Part shown: positions 61,077 through 64,000 of the stretch, piece by piece
How positions within the stretch are numbered: position 1 is the first letter of the stretch
Layout of the letters: each line of letters starts with the position of its first letter
Assembly (NCBI GenBank): GCA_050255935.1
Contig: JBFWIP010000002.1
Span: 4,636-68,635, forward strand
Direction of reading: 5' to 3'
DNA length: 64,000 bases
Source of the DNA: Desulfobulbus sp.
GTDB lineage: Bacteria; Desulfobacterota; Desulfobulbia; Desulfobulbales; Desulfobulbaceae
Position numbers and translations under genes: made by a program
The notes under the pieces: generated by a model
Database searches by the model: none
What the model was told of the DNA's origin: nothing
The model's input: the letters and a program-made list of their open reading frames with translations, nothing else

Positions 61077-61394
61077 TTACTCTTTTTCCGGGGGCTGTTC
61101 CTGGTTTTTCTCTGGCGGTGGGGGCGACGGCGGGTTCAGTGGACGGGCAACCAACTGGTTCCCTTTTTGTTCACAGACAGCCTCTAACTGGTCCCCCCGA
61201 GGGGTTTCGAGGCTGATGGTATCACCGGCCGCTTTATTTTTGCAGGCCTCAAAGAATTCTGGGGGTGGCCCCGAACGATGTCCATGATGTTCTGGGGGCG
61301 TATCGATGGTGCTGGCAAAGGCCGGAACGACCACCGGTGCCGAAACCAGCAGGCCGGTGATTGATAAGAAGGGAATCAGTTGTTTGGCTTTCAT
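61077..61394 (-). CDS. Small exported Pro-rich protein with a Cys pair
   Basis: Signal peptide ending AFA; GPPPE..EAC..K..GD......PRG....AVC.....LVARP. Confidence 0.7.
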   Translation of the reverse strand: MKAKQLIPFLSITGLLVSAPVVVPAFASTIDTPPEHHGHRSGPPPEFFEACKNKAAGDTISLETPRGDQLEAVCEQKGNQLVARPLNPPSPPPPEKNQEQPPEKE

Positions 61395-61572
61395 GGATCT
61401 TCTTTGGTTGAGATGAGCTCGGGAAAAAGTTTGTTTTTGTGTTCATTGGGGAGAATATATCCTGTGATTTTGTAAAAAATGTGGAGGAAAAAAGGAAATT
61501 AAGGCCGATGCAACAACGAAAGTGGAATCAGCGTCCTCTGATGTGGTAGGGAGAAGAGCAGGAGGAATTATT

Positions 61573-63075
61573 ATGCGTTTTTCATTGCGCCTTGGTATTC
61601 GTTACCGATTGTTTTTTGCCTTTTTTGCTGCGACCTGCTGCGTCATCATCAGCATGTTCGTGATCACCAGGATGAGTTTTGAGCGAGGAGCCTTTCGCTA
61701 TATCCAGGGAGTGGAAAAGGAACGATTGCAGGAGTTGGCTCAGAGCCTGCAAAGCCTGTATGCGATCAGTGGAAGCTGGGATTTTTTGAACAAGGAGGCA
61801 ACCGCGTGGACGGTGCTGATTGATGGCACCGAGGATTCCGGACCGACTGATTTCCGCCATCATCGGGACGACCATGATAAAGATAAGGATGAGAAACACC
61901 ACCGTCGTTTGGGCAATCTTATCGAGAGACATGGCCCCTCTCTTGACTTGGAGATATCGCCCCCTCCTCCCCTCAATCCCCACCCCCGTGATTTTGAGCG
62001 GCGGGTTCTGCTTTTTGATAACAAAAATAATCAACTGCAAGGTAAATCAGGCCCCTGGAAAACACAGCCCTATTTACAACCGCTCCTGGTTGCGGGAAAA
62101 AAGATCGGCTCTCTGGGGTTGTTGCCACCGCGTATTCTCAATGATTTGCGCCTCCGTCATTTTGTCAGCGAGCAACATCAGGCCTTGTTTCTCACCGCGC
62201 TTTGTATTGCCGCCGGGGCGGCGTTGTTGTCCATCCCCCTGGCGGGGCGGATGGTTCGGAGAATTATGACACTGGCCAAGGCTACCAATCGCCTGGCCTC
62301 AGGGAAATACGATATCCGCGTGCCCACGGGCAGTGGCGATGAGTTGGGCCAGCTGGCACGAGATTTTAATCAGTTGGCGCAAACCCTGGAGCGTAACGAA
62401 CAACTGCGTCGACGCTGGGTGGCGGATATCTCCCATGAGCTGCGCACTCCCCTGGCAGTGCTTCGGGGCGAGGTGGAGGCGGTGCAGGATCGGGTCCGGC
62501 CCTTGAATTTGGAGACCATGGGAGTTCTGCATGCCGAAATTCTGCACCTCAGCCGTCTGGTGGAAGATCTTTACGAATTGTCCCTGGCCGATATCGGTGC
62601 CCTGACCTACCGCAAAACCGAACTGGACTGGGCTCAGTTGGTGGCGCAGACCGTGGAATCCTCGCGCAAACAGTTCACAGCCCGCAATCTCGCTTTGCAC
62701 TATTCCGGCCCGGTATCTGGTTTGGGGTTCTTGGGCGATGGTGAGCGGTTGCGGCAACTGCTGGCCAATCTGTTGCAAAACACCCTGCGCTACACCGATA
62801 CCGGTGGTCGCCTTGAGGTGGTCCTGCATGCGAGCAAGGAATCTTACCTCCTCAAATTCTCGGACTCCGCGCCAGGGGTGCCGCCCCAGTCTCTGGAACG
62901 GCTTTTTGATCGGTTGTACCGGGTGGAGGGCTCGCGCAATCGGGCCCGTGGTGGTGCCGGATTGGGACTGGCCTTGTGTAAATCCATTGTTGAGGCGCAT
63001 GGCGGTCATATCGGGGCATCTGCTTCTGAGCTGGGTGGACTACAAATTACCATTGAACTACCGAAAAACGGATAA
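61573..63075 (+). CDS. baeS: Sensor histidine kinase, BaeS-like
   Basis: Two TM helices, HAMP (DELGQLARDFN), DISHELRTPL, NTLRYTD, FDRLYRVE, GAGLGL. GGAGG SD before ATG 61573. Confidence 0.88.
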   Translation: MRFSLRLGIRYRLFFAFFAATCCVIISMFVITRMSFERGAFRYIQGVEKERLQELAQSLQSLYAISGSWDFLNKEATAWTVLIDGTEDSGPTDFRHHRDDHDKDKDEKHHRRLGNLIERHGPSLDLEISPPPPLNPHPRDFERRVLLFDNKNNQLQGKSGPWKTQPYLQPLLVAGKKIGSLGLLPPRILNDLRLRHFVSEQHQALFLTALCIAAGAALLSIPLAGRMVRRIMTLAKATNRLASGKYDIRVPTGSGDELGQLARDFNQLAQTLERNEQLRRRWVADISHELRTPLAVLRGEVEAVQDRVRPLNLETMGVLHAEILHLSRLVEDLYELSLADIGALTYRKTELDWAQLVAQTVESSRKQFTARNLALHYSGPVSGLGFLGDGERLRQLLANLLQNTLRYTDTGGRLEVVLHASKESYLLKFSDSAPGVPPQSLERLFDRLYRVEGSRNRARGGAGLGLALCKSIVEAHGGHIGASASELGGLQITIELPKNG

Positions 63076-63084
63076 AATTAGCGT

Positions 63085-63756
63085 ATGCCACATATTCTCA
63101 TTGTTGAAGATGAAGAGCGTCTGGCCTCCCTGCTGGTCGATTACCTGAGTGCGAGCGGCATGACAAGCCACTGGCTCGCGGAAGGGAGCGGCGTGGCTGC
63201 CCATGTGCGTCAGGAGCCTCCGGATTTGATCCTTCTGGATCTGATGCTGCCCGGTAGGGCCGGTATGGAAATCTGCAAGGATATTCGAGGGTTTTCGTCA
63301 GTGCCTATTATCATGGTCACCGCGCGGGTCGAGGAGATCGATCGTTTGCTCGGGTTAGAACTGGGTGCGGATGATTATATTTGCAAACCGTATAGTCCAC
63401 GGGAGGTGGTTGCCCGGGTCAAGGCGGTATTGCGCCGTACCATGGGGACGACATCGGCTCCATCGGGCCTGGTCATCGATGAGCCGGCAATGCGGGTTCG
63501 GCTTGATGGCCGTTTGCTGGATCTCACCGCAGTGGAATTTAACCTGCTTTTTTTTCTTGTTAATCGGCCAGGCCGGATTTACAGCCGGGATCAGTTGATG
63601 GAGAGCATCTATCCCGACCAGCGGATTGTTAATGATCGGACCATCGACAGCCATATCAAGAAATTGAGGCGAAAAATGGAACAGGTCTCTCCCGGATGTG
63701 ATATGATCCGCTCGGTTTACGGGGTGGGATATAAGTTTGAACCAGATTTTGGCTGA
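63085..63756 (+). CDS. baeR: Response regulator, BaeR-like
   Basis: ILLDLMLP, MVTARVEEIDRLLGLELGADDYICKPYSPREV, DRTIDSHIKKLRRK, SVYGVGY. Confidence 0.9.
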   Translation: MPHILIVEDEERLASLLVDYLSASGMTSHWLAEGSGVAAHVRQEPPDLILLDLMLPGRAGMEICKDIRGFSSVPIIMVTARVEEIDRLLGLELGADDYICKPYSPREVVARVKAVLRRTMGTTSAPSGLVIDEPAMRVRLDGRLLDLTAVEFNLLFFLVNRPGRIYSRDQLMESIYPDQRIVNDRTIDSHIKKLRRKMEQVSPGCDMIRSVYGVGYKFEPDFG

Positions 63757-63884
63757 TTGTCGTCTTTCACATTGCAACCTCTTGTTTTCCTTCGGTTCAT
63801 TGGTGGGCATTTGCAGGCAGTCATGCTATAGTGCCACCAGATTCACCGTCCGTTTCCCTTCCATCCCTTGCTGTGGAGGTTCCC

Positions 63885-64000
63885 ATGAAGCTTTTACCCG
63901 CCATTGAACAAGAGACCCGGCCCAACCCAGATGCCACCGTGATCTGGCTCCATGGTTTGGGTGCCGACGGTAATGATTTTGCCCCGATTGTCCCGGAACT
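63885..64000 (+). CDS. Phospholipase/carboxylesterase (alpha/beta hydrolase); 3'-truncated by the window edge
   Basis: GGAGG SD; MKLLPAIEQETRPNPDATVIWLHGLGADGNDFAPIVPE. Not in the ORF track. Confidence 0.85.
   Translation, partial: MKLLPAIEQETRPNPDATVIWLHGLGADGNDFAPIVPE

Noticed and set aside
1-64000. CRISPR arrays, tRNA/rRNA genes, prophage or intact IS elements
   Set aside because: No regularly spaced repeats, cloverleaf signatures, phage genes or complete transposase seen by eye; a covariance-model scan could still find small RNAs.

Overview
Chromosomal window of about 55% GC from what is probably a sulfur/sulfate-metabolising Desulfobacterota cell (Desulfobulbales-like; this is inferred from gene style). 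0-22 kb is an efflux and signalling block: AcrB/OprM/AcrR, a FIST(NosP)-histidine kinase pair, an OMF-MFP-MdtB-type RND, a sigma54 activator, EmrAB and YhiI-RbbA-YhhJ. A DUF47-Pit phosphate operon follows, with a PHO-box-like array upstream. The standout locus (25.6-38.7 kb) is one tightly coupled operon in which a cytoplasmic, Cys-ligated PsrA/PhsA-family molybdopterin enzyme and a 4x[4Fe-4S] subunit sit directly ahead of an 11-subunit, quinone-type complex I (nuoABCD-HIJKLMN) that has no nuoEFG. It is a candidate proton-motive-force-coupled sulfur-compound oxidoreductase. Next come parEC, a small Not4-like C4C4 RING protein coupled to cutA, coaX, an LD-carboxypeptidase, an orphan response regulator and an orphan fliD. 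A lower-GC accessory patch holds a transposase remnant, rhodanese, HD-GYP, Rap1a-like and glycine-zipper genes. The window ends with trxC, a MacAB-OMF operon divergent from BaeSR, and a partial carboxylesterase. No rRNA, tRNA or CRISPR array was seen. All family calls come from motif recognition, not database searches.
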